Source: Leptospiraceae bacterium (GTDB lineage Bacteria; Spirochaetota; Leptospiria; Leptospirales; Leptonemataceae). From it: DNA of 64,000 nucleotides. The stretch lies in assembly GCA_040217195.1 (NCBI GenBank), contig JAVJNR010000003.1:783448-847447 (forward strand), read 5' to 3'. The notes below the pieces were generated by a model. The model was not told where the DNA came from. It made no database searches and saw only the letters and a program-made list of their open reading frames with translations. Every line of letters begins with the position of its first letter. The first letter of the stretch is position 1. A program made the translations under genes and the position numbers. Positions 28,293 through 38,669 of the stretch are shown here, one piece after another.

Positions 28293-29325
28293 TCAGCGAT
28301 ATCATCCTTTCGGCCTGAGTGATCTGGGGAAAGCAGGCAAATAGCTTCTCCTGGAATTCCTTTAGACCGGATTCTTCCTTTGCAGAAATAAAAACAATAT
28401 CTTCAGCCAGACCCTGCATTTCTTCTCGAAGAGCCTCCGCCAACTCCGATGCGAAATCCTCATCGTAGTTGATTTCATCCAGCTTGTTTAGAATAATAAA
28501 TCCGGGGCGTTCAGTAAGCTCTGGATTGTAATGCTTGAGTTCCATCCGCAGCATTCTCAGATCCGCAGCCGGATCTACTGAAGTTAGATCCAGTATGTAG
28601 ATTATTACTCGAACTCGTTCAATATGCCTTAGAAAGGACAGACCCAGACCGGCCCCCTTCGAGGCGCCCTCTATAATACCAGGGATGTCTGCCATTAGAA
28701 TTCGGCGGTGCTCATCGTTTTCCAGTACACCCAGATTCGGATTCAGGGTTGTAAATGCATAGGCACCAACCTTTGCTTGATTGGCCGTAACTTTAGATAA
28801 TAGAGTGGACTTTCCAGCGTTGGGTAATCCAACCAGCCCTGCATCTGCGATGAGCTTAAGGTTTAACTGAATGCGTTTTTCTTCGCCAGGTAAGCCTGGC
28901 TGAGCATATTCCGGGGCCTGGTTAATGGAGTTGGCAAAACGAGCGTTTCCCTGGCCTCCCAGGCCTCCCCGGGCTGCGATGACGCTGGATTCGGGCAGAT
29001 TTAGATCCGCTATGATCTCATCTGTGTCTGCATCGGTAACTACGGTGCCCACCGGAACCTGTAGAGTTAGATGTTCACCATCGGAGCCACTACGATTCCT
29101 TTTTTGCCCGGCTTGTCCCGGACGAGCTGAATAGACTTTTTTACTTCTATATTTGCCTAGAGTGGATACTCGATTAGTGGCAATGAATTGAACAGAGCCT
29201 CCGTGACCACCATCGCCGCCATCAGGGCCGCCTTTGGGTACGTACTTAGCTCTATGAAAACTGACTGCGCCGGCTCCGCCATGCCCACCTCGAATGAGGA
29301 TCTCTATCGAGTCGATGAATTTCAA
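28261..29325 (-). CDS. obgE: GTPase ObgE/CgtA
   Basis: GGPDGGDGG, GLPNAGKSTL, YAFTTL, DIPGIIEGA, NKLD. Confidence 0.97.
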   Translation of the reverse strand: MKFIDSIEILIRGGHGGAGAVSFHRAKYVPKGGPDGGDGGHGGSVQFIATNRVSTLGKYRSKKVYSARPGQAGQKRNRSGSDGEHLTLQVPVGTVVTDADTDEIIADLNLPESSVIAARGGLGGQGNARFANSINQAPEYAQPGLPGEEKRIQLNLKLIADAGLVGLPNAGKSTLLSKVTANQAKVGAYAFTTLNPNLGVLENDEHRRILMADIPGIIEGASKGAGLGLSFLRHIERVRVIIYILDLTSVDPAADLRMLRMELKHYNPELTERPGFIILNKLDEINYDEDFASELAEALREEMQGLAEDIVFISAKEESGLKEFQEKLFACFPQITQAERMISLNAPESVESSE

Positions 29326-29351
29326 GGGTCACGGAGCCAGCTTGGGCTGCT

Positions 29352-29609
29352 TCAGGAAGCAGGAACGATGGATACTTTTTTTCTGGAACGATTGATGTGT
29401 GCGAACTGCACTCTACCATCAACCAGAGCAAAAAGAGTATGATCTCGGCCCAGGCCTACGCCCTCACCGGGATGAATTCTGGTGCCGCGCTGACGAACAA
29501 TAATGTTACCTGCACGAACTACCTGACCACCGAAGATTTTTGTGCCCAGCCTCTGGGAGTTACTGTCTCTACCGTTTTTTGTGGAACCGCCACCTTTCTT
29601 ATGCGCCAT
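29352..29609 (-). CDS. rpmA: 50S ribosomal protein L27
   Basis: [22 protein letters not shown]. Confidence 0.98.
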   Translation of the reverse strand: MAHKKGGGSTKNGRDSNSQRLGTKIFGGQVVRAGNIIVRQRGTRIHPGEGVGLGRDHTLFALVDGRVQFAHINRSRKKVSIVPAS

Positions 29610-29925
29610 CTTCTTTTCTCCTGATCTGTAGCCGGTCCGGATATTGCCGGGACAATTTACTCAAAGTATGCATCACCGTGGCAAAAATTAGCTCGGTGTT
29701 TGCATTCCCTTCGGACCTGAGCTCCAGAAAAAAGTCGCCATCTTCCTGGCTTGAGCGAGTCTCCTGATTCAGAATCTCCTGAATCCCATCTCGCAATGTG
29801 TAGGTTAGAGCACTTACAGCTGCACAGAGCACATCCGCTCCCTTGCTTGCCAGGCCTGCATGACCTGTTATGTGAACGGCTCGAACCTTTTGATTATCAT
29901 CTGTCCAGAATTGGACTTCAATCAA
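29599..29925 (-). CDS. prp: Ribosomal-processing cysteine protease Prp (DUF464)
   Basis: GHAG...[12 protein letters not shown]; position between rplU and rpmA. Confidence 0.9.
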   Translation of the reverse strand: MIEVQFWTDDNQKVRAVHITGHAGLASKGADVLCAAVSALTYTLRDGIQEILNQETRSSQEDGDFFLELRSEGNANTELIFATVMHTLSKLSRQYPDRLQIRRKEDGA

Positions 29926-30233
29926 TTCTTAATCTCGACCACCTGCAGTTTTTGAAGATCCTGACGATGTCCCCAGGATTTTCTGTAGGTAGTTTTGGCC
30001 TTGTATTTGAACCCTTTAATCTTAGGTCCTCGAATATCTTCCAGAACCTTCAGCTTTACAGAAGCTCCAGAAACGAAAGGCTGACCTACTTTTAGATCAG
30101 AACCTTCTCCAACGGCCAGAATGGACTCGCAGGAAAGATCTTTTCCAGGCTCAGTTCCGGTACGTTCCGAAACGAATACCTGATCTTTACTCACTCGGTG
30201 CTGTTTTCCTGCCAGTTCAATAATTGCATACAT
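29922..30233 (-). CDS. rplU: 50S ribosomal protein L21
   Basis: MYAIIELAGKQHRV...FKYK...GHRQ. Confidence 0.97.
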   Translation of the reverse strand: MYAIIELAGKQHRVSKDQVFVSERTGTEPGKDLSCESILAVGEGSDLKVGQPFVSGASVKLKVLEDIRGPKIKGFKYKAKTTYRKSWGHRQDLQKLQVVEIKN

Positions 30234-30589
30234 GATGGCTACCTCGCAAAGTGCAGGTTCCGGGGCGCCTGTACCGGGTCAACCAGAAATACCGAAAAGT
30301 GCCTGAATCAGGCTCTGAGAGCGGTCTGACGGCCTTATGGAAGTCGGGAAGATGCCTTCAAAAGTGCAGGCACCCACTGAAAGCCACGGGACTCACCCTA
30401 AAGAAAGCTGGCTACGCAGAGGCGGCTTTCGAAAAAACGATGGCGACCCAGACTATGGATCCAAACGGATAAACCAGCCCGGAAAATGGATCTGCAGGAA
30501 AATCGGACCAACCCTCCCCCCCAGGACCGTGGACTCATCAGACCCATCCCGGGATTTCAGCATTAAGAATGAGAACCAGGTCCCGGCAA

Positions 30590-31213
30590 TCAGTCCTGAG
30601 GAACCGGAACTTGCAGAGAGGTTTTCAGATACGGAGCTTCTGGACTGGAAAAAATGTCATTCAATTCCATCTCCTTCAATCTCTCAATATCCTTATCATC
30701 CAGGCTGTAATTCAAGACTGAATGCCTCTTATTGGCGGGCACCATAAATACCACATACACCGCAACACTCTGTCCTGGCTCCAGTTCGCGGTAATGATTG
30801 CCGGAACCATTTCCCGAGGAAATACTTGTGCCGTTAGCGATGTCGAACCAGAATGCAGACAAACCGCAGCAGGGATCAAAGCCCTTTGCAGAAGGCGGTA
30901 GCTTCCCGGGTTCACCATCAAGTGTGGCTTCCATCAGCGGCTCCCCAATAAACTGCATTAGAGATACGGCTACCGGGGCGGAGGATTCGTTCTTGAATAC
31001 AACCTGGTACTGAACGTAGTGAACGGATGGATCTTTAGTAGTATAGGTTCCTACTTCAGTGGTATAGCTACGCCCCAGGTCCTCTACGGAAGCGATTCCA
31101 ATAGTCAAGGATTGGGATTTTGCCTCTGTCTTTAGTTTTTCCGGTACCGAAGCGCACTGTATAGAAAAAACACTAATTATCGATAATAGTAACAATCTAT
31201 AAGTCATAACCAA
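30590..31213 (-). CDS. Hypothetical lipoprotein (DUF4352-like Ig fold possible)
   Basis: SIQC lipobox; VVFKNES, ELEPGQSVAVYVVFMVP. Confidence 0.6.
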   Translation of the reverse strand: MVMTYRLLLLSIISVFSIQCASVPEKLKTEAKSQSLTIGIASVEDLGRSYTTEVGTYTTKDPSVHYVQYQVVFKNESSAPVAVSLMQFIGEPLMEATLDGEPGKLPPSAKGFDPCCGLSAFWFDIANGTSISSGNGSGNHYRELEPGQSVAVYVVFMVPANKRHSVLNYSLDDKDIERLKEMELNDIFSSPEAPYLKTSLQVPVPQD

Positions 31214-31325
31214 TGGAAATCAGTCACTAACCGAGTGTAAAGTGAAAATAATCTCATGCAGAGTCTGTGTCCAGGAAGGAAGCGAGACACTGTAAGATCC
31301 AAGGGATTGGCGAAATTCTAACAGA

Positions 31326-31346
31326 GGCCGCTCGGTTTGAGCGGCC
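31326..31346 (-). terminator. Hairpin downstream of small secreted protein gene
   Basis: GGCCGCTC-ggttt-GAGCGGCC stem about 14 nt past the stop; weak U-tract. Confidence 0.5.
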
Positions 31347-31359
31347 CGTTAAGACAGTA

Positions 31360-31587
31360 TTAATCGTCGTGTTTTGCGAAGGTTTCGGGACAAATCTCCA
31401 GCATGGTATCTTCATCCTCTTCCAGAATCGCAGTGGCTACTCGCTCAGCGAATGCATCACTTTCAATGTCATAGCCACGGCCGTTAGCCTCGATAAGACA
31501 CTCTTCGAGAATCTTTTCTCCTTCATCGGCGTACAGGCCACTAGTAATTATCAGAGCCATTAAGGCTACTGTCAGGATACGTTTCAT
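31360..31587 (-). CDS. Small secreted acidic protein (75 aa)
   Basis: AGGAG RBS, MKRILTVALMALIITSGLYA signal peptide, two Cys. Confidence 0.7.
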   Translation of the reverse strand: MKRILTVALMALIITSGLYADEGEKILEECLIEANGRGYDIESDAFAERVATAILEEDEDTMLEICPETFAKHDD

Positions 31588-31838
31588 TTTGTATCTCCTA
31601 CCCGGTCTCTTTGAATGGAGGCCGCCCGGGCGCGCGGCCTGACTATATGGACGCAGAACTGTCTGGCCGGGATACTTTTTTTCTAGTACTCGGTGATGCA
31701 TTTTAGCGACCATCGATCCCACTTCCATGCGGTAACTGGCTTGATTCGAAACGAGGTGGTTTCGGGACGGTTAAATTCCAAAAACTCCCCGGGGGCAATC
31801 GTTACCCGTCGGCCTTCCTGATCCCCCCCTGACTCGGT

Positions 31839-32783
31839 TTATGGACTCCAGAGGTCATTATCTGCAGCCCACTTCTGCCATAAATTCAGGTCCGAACCCA
31901 GGTCCTTCCCAGAAATGGCCTTCAAGGCCTCAATGGCCTCGACTCTCCCATCGTAAGTCTTCTTCGGGTAGCGCTGGTCCATTCGTTCCATAAACCGCAG
32001 TATATGCGGAACCGATTCCACTTTCTTGAAGTGCTTGAATGCTTTCATTGCAACAAAAACCATCTTGTAGTCTTGTATCATGTTTATACGAGGCATTAGT
32101 TTGTGCAGCGGCTGCAACACTCGTTCATCGTTCCACCGTAGCAATAATCGGGCCTGATCGCTAGAGGGAAGCGGAGTTTCCAGCTGACGTAGCAAATAGG
32201 GGGCACTACTACGAATATCCTTCTTATCGATAAAGCGAAGAATAGCAGCCTGCCAGTATCTGTCTTGAACCTGGACAAGCGAAACAAAATTCTCTTCCGG
32301 TACACGATTCCAGAGTAATGAGATCCAGGCATCGTAGTAAGCACCAGTTGGAGAGAAGGTACTGGCGAAGGGAGCGTCCTTTTCTTCATAGCCGCCCAAC
32401 ACACCATCGTCCCGGAACGCGATTCGAGACGGCTCCCGAAGGTGCTGAAATCGTAGAATCATTGCCGGTTGCCCGGCCAAATCGACCCTCAATCGTCCGC
32501 TGGTTTCGGCACCGGTGTATTTATAAAAACTGCCGCTTCCATCCATGGACGAATAGGTGGCTCCGATGGGCCTGGATGTAGTAAATACCTTAATGCGATA
32601 ATCGCTATCGTCGCAACTTACTACTTCAATACCTAGCTGGTTCATGATTTCCCGGGGAACCTGAAGATAGGGAATCCCCTCCACACCGGCGAAGTCCCGG
32701 CTTTCCGTCCGTTCAATGCAAATCCTGCTGATACCGTTGCAACGCTTCCGGTGGCAACGGGTTTTCGATTCGGGCAGATGCAC
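31839..32783 (-). CDS. Hypothetical protein with C-terminal HEAT-like repeats
   Basis: AIEALKAISGKDLG..W.KW C-terminus; start uncertain, possibly truncated. Confidence 0.5.
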   Translation of the reverse strand: MHLPESKTRCHRKRCNGISRICIERTESRDFAGVEGIPYLQVPREIMNQLGIEVVSCDDSDYRIKVFTTSRPIGATYSSMDGSGSFYKYTGAETSGRLRVDLAGQPAMILRFQHLREPSRIAFRDDGVLGGYEEKDAPFASTFSPTGAYYDAWISLLWNRVPEENFVSLVQVQDRYWQAAILRFIDKKDIRSSAPYLLRQLETPLPSSDQARLLLRWNDERVLQPLHKLMPRINMIQDYKMVFVAMKAFKHFKKVESVPHILRFMERMDQRYPKKTYDGRVEAIEALKAISGKDLGSDLNLWQKWAADNDLWSP

Positions 32784-32979
32784 ATGACAGGGCGAACAAA
32801 CTGCACATCATTAATATAATGCAGTATCTCATTTAACTGACATACAATTTCCTTACACTATAGCAAGCCTTTTACCCGATGCACTCTGGCGGGTTTAACG
32901 CCAGAAAGACTCAGTTCACCGTCATTTGGAGGATACTTTTTTTGTTTGCCAGCAATGCCCATGGATCAGGCTGGATATT

Positions 32980-34005
32980 ATGCGTGTCCATCCCTACGAA
33001 TCCGTGCCTGAGTTCGAAGATCTGGGGGAAGGGATATTTAGAGCGAAGATTCCGCAGCCTTTTTACGAAGATAACAACATCTACCTTATTGATTCCGGGG
33101 AGCCAGTTCTAATCGATAGCGGTTACGTTCAGAACCTGGGATTGCTACAGAGAGCTCTGCGGAGGATAGGATACAGCCTACACCATATTAAGAAAATCTT
33201 CTACACTCATGACCACATAGACCATATCAGCGCCGCGCTAGTAATGCGTAGCTATTCAAATGCCAGACTCTATGGCATGGTAGGTATGGCCGCTCACGTA
33301 GGAGACTATCGCGACCATATGCTTCGATTTCAGAGAGCCAACAATAGGCTCATCTACAAATCCCAGGCAGACCACGATCAAAGAAGAACCCTTGCTCGAA
33401 AGTCGGAGAATTCATTCATTCGTTTTCTAGATGCTGTGGAAATGGACCATAAAGTGGATCCAGTACTTCACATGGATGTGGAACTGCAGGAAGGGGATGT
33501 TATTCCCATCGGGGACCGGGAACTGGGTTTCCTTTACACCCCGGGCCACAACCAATGGCATCTAACTCCGTATCTGGTGGGCGAAGGTATCTATTTCACC
33601 GGGGACCTTGTATTGCAAAATGTCTCTGCAGTGTATGCTGAGCTCGATGGAAATCTGAGTCATTATCAAGAATCCCTGAATCGTCTTTTAAACCTTCCCA
33701 TTCGCAGGCTCATGCCCGCCCATTTTGATGAGCCAGATAAACCTCAAAGAGCCATCAAGCTACTGATTCGCACAATTGGAATACTGGAGAGGGGCGTAAA
33801 AAATCGACTGAAAGAGGGATTCATTGATTTACGAGATTTGACCATCCAGGCTATGGGCGAAAAGATCGAAGAACGTGGACACTATGCTACAGCCCTGGCA
33901 GTGATGCATTCATTCATCGACAAGTTCAATCGCGAAGGGCACATCCAGATCCAGGAAATGGACCCTCCCTATGAGAAGTACGCCTGGGTGGATTCGAAGG
34001 ATTAG
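32980..34005 (+). CDS. MBL-fold metallo-hydrolase
   Basis: LIDSG, THDHIDH, TPGH, TGDLV, PAH. Confidence 0.9.
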   Translation: MRVHPYESVPEFEDLGEGIFRAKIPQPFYEDNNIYLIDSGEPVLIDSGYVQNLGLLQRALRRIGYSLHHIKKIFYTHDHIDHISAALVMRSYSNARLYGMVGMAAHVGDYRDHMLRFQRANNRLIYKSQADHDQRRTLARKSENSFIRFLDAVEMDHKVDPVLHMDVELQEGDVIPIGDRELGFLYTPGHNQWHLTPYLVGEGIYFTGDLVLQNVSAVYAELDGNLSHYQESLNRLLNLPIRRLMPAHFDEPDKPQRAIKLLIRTIGILERGVKNRLKEGFIDLRDLTIQAMGEKIEERGHYATALAVMHSFIDKFNREGHIQIQEMDPPYEKYAWVDSKD

Positions 34006-34132
34006 CCGAAAACCAGAGACAAAATGATGCGAAATAACCTGTATACCGAAGAATAGGCCGCAAGAATTCTTCATTTTGGACCAGGTTCTTCGATTTTGCT
34101 TGCCAGCCCACCTTTCTCCCTATTATAGATGC

Positions 34133-34540
34133 ATGGCTTTTCTTGAAAATGTACTTGGTGAACTTTCCGGCGGAGGCGCAGATCTTGGTGGTCTCGACGT
34201 TGGATCTGTTGCCAAATCACTTCTTTCTTCCGGCGGAGGCAATTCTCGCATAGATACCATTGTCTCCGTATTAAAACAAAATGGCATGGAGGACAAAGTT
34301 TCCTCATGGATAAGCAATGGTGCCAATGCAAGTGTAGATCCCTCAGAGATTGAAGGAGCACTGGATAGCGGTACCATATCCGACCTTTCCAGCGAACTAG
34401 GTATTGATACTTCGAAGGTAGCACCTATTCTTGCAATGCTTCTTCCGGTTATCATTAATCAGCTCACGCCAGATGGACAGCAGTCCGCAGACGGATCCCT
34501 ACTAAAGACCGGGATGAGTGTGCTGAAAGGCTTCATGTAA
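34133..34540 (+). CDS. YidB/DUF937 family protein
   Basis: VSSWISNGAN, LLPVIINQLTPDG. Confidence 0.85.
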   Translation: MAFLENVLGELSGGGADLGGLDVGSVAKSLLSSGGGNSRIDTIVSVLKQNGMEDKVSSWISNGANASVDPSEIEGALDSGTISDLSSELGIDTSKVAPILAMLLPVIINQLTPDGQQSADGSLLKTGMSVLKGFM

Positions 34541-34547
34541 AATCGCT

Positions 34548-34569
34548 TGAGGCCGAGAGATCGGCCTCA
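34548..34569 (+). terminator. Hairpin after yidB-like gene
   Basis: TGAGGCCGA-GAGA-TCGGCCTCA 9-bp stem with GNRA loop. Confidence 0.55.
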
Positions 34570-34687
34570 GCAACTTTCCTGGCTGGCTCTTCGCTCTTGC
34601 TCCTTTATGGCCGGGTGCGATTTCGCCGAATTTCTGACTTGATTCGCATTGATTCGCATTCGTCGCGAATGCACATTTCTGCGTCGC

Positions 34688-37306
34688 CTACCAGGAAGAA
34701 AGCAGACCGTCGATGCAATCCAGCAATTCTTCCAGCTCCACGGGCTTACAAACATAACCGGAGAAACCCGCAGCAAGGGCTGCCTGAATATGCCCTTCCA
34801 TGGCATCCGCCGATACGGCAATCCTGGGAATGCCATCCAGACCCGGTAATTGTTGTAGTTTCTGAAGTACATCGTAGCCAGTACAATCAGCGAGATGCAT
34901 ATCAATGAGTATTACGTTCGGTGCTTCTTTTTGTACTTCCAGGATTCCGTCCCTTGCATTGTCCACACCCCGAAATTTAGCTCCATCCACAGTGCGAAAT
35001 AGAGACTCCATTACTTTTAGATTCACCGGATTATCTTCTATATACAGGATGTCCAGATCTCTGTCTGTCCTATGGGAGCGCCGGGATGGTTCCTGTTCCA
35101 TCTCTTCTGGTAATCCTCGGGGCAACTCCAACCAGAAATCCGAGCCTGCACCTTCCGTGGAGTTGACGCCCAGATTACCACGCATCTTCTGGGCCAGCAC
35201 TCGAGACAAATAAAGTCCAAGTCCCACACCGGTGCGGTCTCCATCGCCCAATCGTTCAAATGGCAAGAATAACCGTTGCATGTTTGATTCGGATATTCCC
35301 GGGCCTGTATCCTGCACATGAATCCTGATACTTTCCGGGAGCTTCGTTGCAAAAATTGAGATCTTGCCACCGGGAGGTGTATATTTACTGGCATTGCTCA
35401 ATAGATTAATTAGCACTTGAACGATGCGGGTTTTATCTCCCAGAACCCATAAATCTGAATCCGAACCAATAACCATTTCCTGGGATTTTCTACCGGCTCG
35501 ATTGGTTAAATAGCGACTGGCCCGACTGATTAAGCGGTCTACTGATAAATTCTCAGAAGCTATTGCCAGCTGATCTGTTTCCACTCGCGAAATGTCCAGA
35601 AGGTCATCCATGAGAGAAAGTAAATGCTGTCCTGCATCCTTTACTTCCTTGAGATCATCCTGGTGTTCCGCTCCTAGCTTACGAATCAATACCTGAACAA
35701 AGCCAAGTATAGCATTCAACGGGGTTCGTAGCTCATGGGAAATTCTGGCAGTGAACTCGGATTTGGCTCGGTTCGCTCTGTCCGCTTTTTCTCGAGAGGC
35801 AACAAGCTCCATTCGATCTCGCACTGCATCTGTAATGTCTTCGGCAACTCCCGCCACCTCCGGCTCGGCCGATCCAGGCAGATGAAAAGTGCGCAGACGA
35901 ATCCATCGCTCCTGTTCATCCAATCTCTTTATTCTAAACCCTAGCTGGAAAGGACTATCATCCAGTACGCTTCGATTCACAGCCTCCTGAACACGACTGC
36001 GATCCGCCGGATGTACTCTGCGAACTAAACTTGCATCATGATTCAAATAGGATTGCGGAGATTCTCCCCAGAGATCTTCAAATGATGGGCTCAAGTATCG
36101 AATGCCAGTCAAATCTGGTTTTGCAAGAAAGAATACATCCCTGACATTCTCTGCGATCTGTCGAAACCGATCTTCACTTTCTTCCAGGTCCTTGGTGCGC
36201 AAAAGTACACGGGTCTCTAATTCCCGGTTTAGCTGCTGAACCCTGCGTTCCGAAGCTTTCCGATGCGTTACATCAAAACCTACACCGGTAACTCTAAACC
36301 TGGAACTCTCCTCATCGGTGGAAGGAATCACAGTTAATTCGAATATTCGACCTCCTATTTCAGCTTCAACGGTAGTTCTAGCACCGTTCATAGCTTTCTC
36401 AGTAGCATTCTTCCAGACAGAGAATCCGGCAAAAACCTCATCAATGCCTTTTCCGATTAGATCTTCAGGTGGGCCCAGAAAATGCCAGGCATCTCCCTGA
36501 CAGTTAATCATTCTTCCCAGAGAATCCACAACAAATAGAACGATGGGCGCACCAGATACAACTTCCTCAAGGGTGGCCTGGGCTCTCCGGGCCGAATCTT
36601 CCGCCTGACGTCTTTCAGTGATATCGGTTCCAAAGCCAACAATGGCTTCGATTGCTCCATTTCGCAGAATGGGAGCAAAGGCCCCGGCAACGATTCTTTC
36701 ATTATTTCCAAACCGAAGAGTAAAATCATCGGTGGCGGTCCTACCGCTGAGGGCCAATTCGAAAAGTCTTCGAAATCTATGTTTTTCCGTATCCTTTTCA
36801 AGCCAGGGTTGATCAATGAATGGACGACCAACAACATCAGAATGCCTGACTCCAGCAGAGTCCAGGGGAAGTGCATTGATTTCCATAATTCTGGCATCCC
36901 GGTCCAGAAGTACGATGTTGGCAGGTAGACTATCCAGAATCTCTTTAAACCTGGAAGGCTCATTTCTGGCGGCCTTAAGCTCATAGCCAATCAGCGTCAC
37001 ATTTCCTGAAGCGGCGGGCGCCCCGCACCATTCCACTACAATCAAGTCTCCATTCGCCGTCAGGGTAGGGCCGGTTTTGCGATCTGGAAGATCTTCATTA
37101 ATGATCTCTCTAAATACCTTTTTTGCCTCTTCGCGGTCGGATTCCAGAACAAGAAGATTGAAGAAGCTTTGTCCAAGAGCCTGTTTTTCGCTAAAACCGG
37201 TAGCTTTGACAAAATGTGGATTTACATAGAGCAGCCGGGCCTCCCGGTCCAGCAGCATACCAATCACAGGCATTGCATTTAAGATTTCTTTCTCTGGTAA
37301 TTGCAT
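34688..37306 (-). CDS. Multi-PAS hybrid sensor histidine kinase with C-terminal receiver
   Basis: PAS repeats, ISHELRTPLN, NLLSNASKY, DTGPGI, GVGLGL, IEDN..LIDMHL..CKP. Confidence 0.93.
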   Translation of the reverse strand: MQLPEKEILNAMPVIGMLLDREARLLYVNPHFVKATGFSEKQALGQSFFNLLVLESDREEAKKVFREIINEDLPDRKTGPTLTANGDLIVVEWCGAPAASGNVTLIGYELKAARNEPSRFKEILDSLPANIVLLDRDARIMEINALPLDSAGVRHSDVVGRPFIDQPWLEKDTEKHRFRRLFELALSGRTATDDFTLRFGNNERIVAGAFAPILRNGAIEAIVGFGTDITERRQAEDSARRAQATLEEVVSGAPIVLFVVDSLGRMINCQGDAWHFLGPPEDLIGKGIDEVFAGFSVWKNATEKAMNGARTTVEAEIGGRIFELTVIPSTDEESSRFRVTGVGFDVTHRKASERRVQQLNRELETRVLLRTKDLEESEDRFRQIAENVRDVFFLAKPDLTGIRYLSPSFEDLWGESPQSYLNHDASLVRRVHPADRSRVQEAVNRSVLDDSPFQLGFRIKRLDEQERWIRLRTFHLPGSAEPEVAGVAEDITDAVRDRMELVASREKADRANRAKSEFTARISHELRTPLNAILGFVQVLIRKLGAEHQDDLKEVKDAGQHLLSLMDDLLDISRVETDQLAIASENLSVDRLISRASRYLTNRAGRKSQEMVIGSDSDLWVLGDKTRIVQVLINLLSNASKYTPPGGKISIFATKLPESIRIHVQDTGPGISESNMQRLFLPFERLGDGDRTGVGLGLYLSRVLAQKMRGNLGVNSTEGAGSDFWLELPRGLPEEMEQEPSRRSHRTDRDLDILYIEDNPVNLKVMESLFRTVDGAKFRGVDNARDGILEVQKEAPNVILIDMHLADCTGYDVLQKLQQLPGLDGIPRIAVSADAMEGHIQAALAAGFSGYVCKPVELEELLDCIDGLLSSW

Positions 37307-37598
37307 TGGACTGGAAGTGACTCCCTTTTATTAGACGGATTGTTCCAGCGTTAAAGGAGGCGTACCTCTTATATTCAAGGGTACCCATTCGACCACAGCC
37401 CTGGACAAAAATGCAGATTCCCACATCGATAATTGAGCAGTACCACGAACGTTAGTCTTTCGTCAGCCGAAAACTGAAGGCTTCCGAATATTTGGGGAAT
37501 GAACTCGTGGATGAAGGGTGAATGTACGGGTGGATGCAGCAGTGCACCGGGGTTTCATCTAGAATCCGATACGCGGGTACTGCTCAGGAAATACAATC

Positions 37599-38048
37599 CT
37601 ACTGCAAGGACACCTGGCATTCCATAGGATGATCTGAGATTGCCCAGTCACCAAAAGGATGTTCTTGAATATAGTTCCAATCCAATGAGTAACTTTCCTC
37701 TATGGATTTACTGAACTTTTTATAGGATGGATAGCGACATTCCACCGAACAATCCCCGATGGGTTCCCCCAAACCCTGCCCCCCATATTCGCGCTGCCAG
37801 GTTATCTTTATATGATCCCCTTCCTTTTTCCAGGTGCCTCTTCGCATATGTGGCCTGTAAACAGAGTTCTTGAATTCTACAGTAACAAATTCAGGGCAGA
37901 ATAGGAAGATCTCTTTTCCCTGGTCCGTTTTATGAACAAGCTTCTTGCCCGCTGGAGGTTCCAGAAGCGAGGATTCGTCCTGCAGGCTGCAGGAGACTAT
38001 GCCGGGCAGCAAAACGAATAGAGCAATCAGGAAGCGCAGAAAGGCCAC
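37599..38048 (-). CDS. Hypothetical lipoprotein
   Basis: Hydrophobic leader ending IVSC; start uncertain. Confidence 0.5.
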   Translation of the reverse strand: MAFLRFLIALFVLLPGIVSCSLQDESSLLEPPAGKKLVHKTDQGKEIFLFCPEFVTVEFKNSVYRPHMRRGTWKKEGDHIKITWQREYGGQGLGEPIGDCSVECRYPSYKKFSKSIEESYSLDWNYIQEHPFGDWAISDHPMECQVSLQ

Positions 38049-38225
38049 TCCCTTTGAGATTTTTTTCGATCCGTACTGTAAAGCAATATTCAAGATCTCT
38101 TTGGTGCCCTTCCCGAGCAAATGGTATTGGAGTCCGTTGGGGCCTCCGCTACTGCAATTCAACATTCCTGGATCAAATATCGAAGAGAGGCCGTCTGGTA
38201 CTGAATCGATTCCCCTGGTAAGAGA

Positions 38226-38669
38226 CTATTGCTTCAATGTGCGTATCTGCCTTATAAGGTCCTTTTCGTAGGGCTCGAAGTCTTCTTTTCGCCCTCCGGC
38301 CTCGACTATGAACACATCATCCTCTACGGGGAAAAATGAAGCCATATAACGGTACTCACCGTTCATGGTCATGACAGATGTGATAAAGAGCCGGCCCTGC
38401 AAACCATCCGCCGTTTCGATAGATTCATTTCTCAGTATTTCATAGCCCAGGGATTCAAAATGCAACTCCACTGCACTTTTCAATGTGCTCAAGTTTCCTC
38501 TGGGTTGATTGTCTGTGCGATATACCCTTACCCGCACAGCATCCGGAGAAACCAGTTGAAATGTACCGGAACTACCTTCGTATTCTGCAAACCCGGAAGG
38601 AGCCTGAATCATTGGTCCCTGGCATTGAATCAGAAAAAGAAAAACGATCATTATTGCTAGCTTCTTCAT
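38226..38669 (-). CDS. Lipoprotein, possible PsbP/DcrB-like fold
   Basis: LIQC lipobox; P.GF, G..GRLF, DDVFIVE pattern. Confidence 0.65.
   Translation of the reverse strand: MKKLAIMIVFLFLIQCQGPMIQAPSGFAEYEGSSGTFQLVSPDAVRVRVYRTDNQPRGNLSTLKSAVELHFESLGYEILRNESIETADGLQGRLFITSVMTMNGEYRYMASFFPVEDDVFIVEAGGRKEDFEPYEKDLIRQIRTLKQ

Noticed and set aside
30251..30747. ORFs 30251-30472 and 30337-30747, and repeated AAGTGC words upstream of rplU
   Set aside because: No recognisable protein features, overlap with the lipoprotein on the other strand; the short words are too weak to call a leader or operator.
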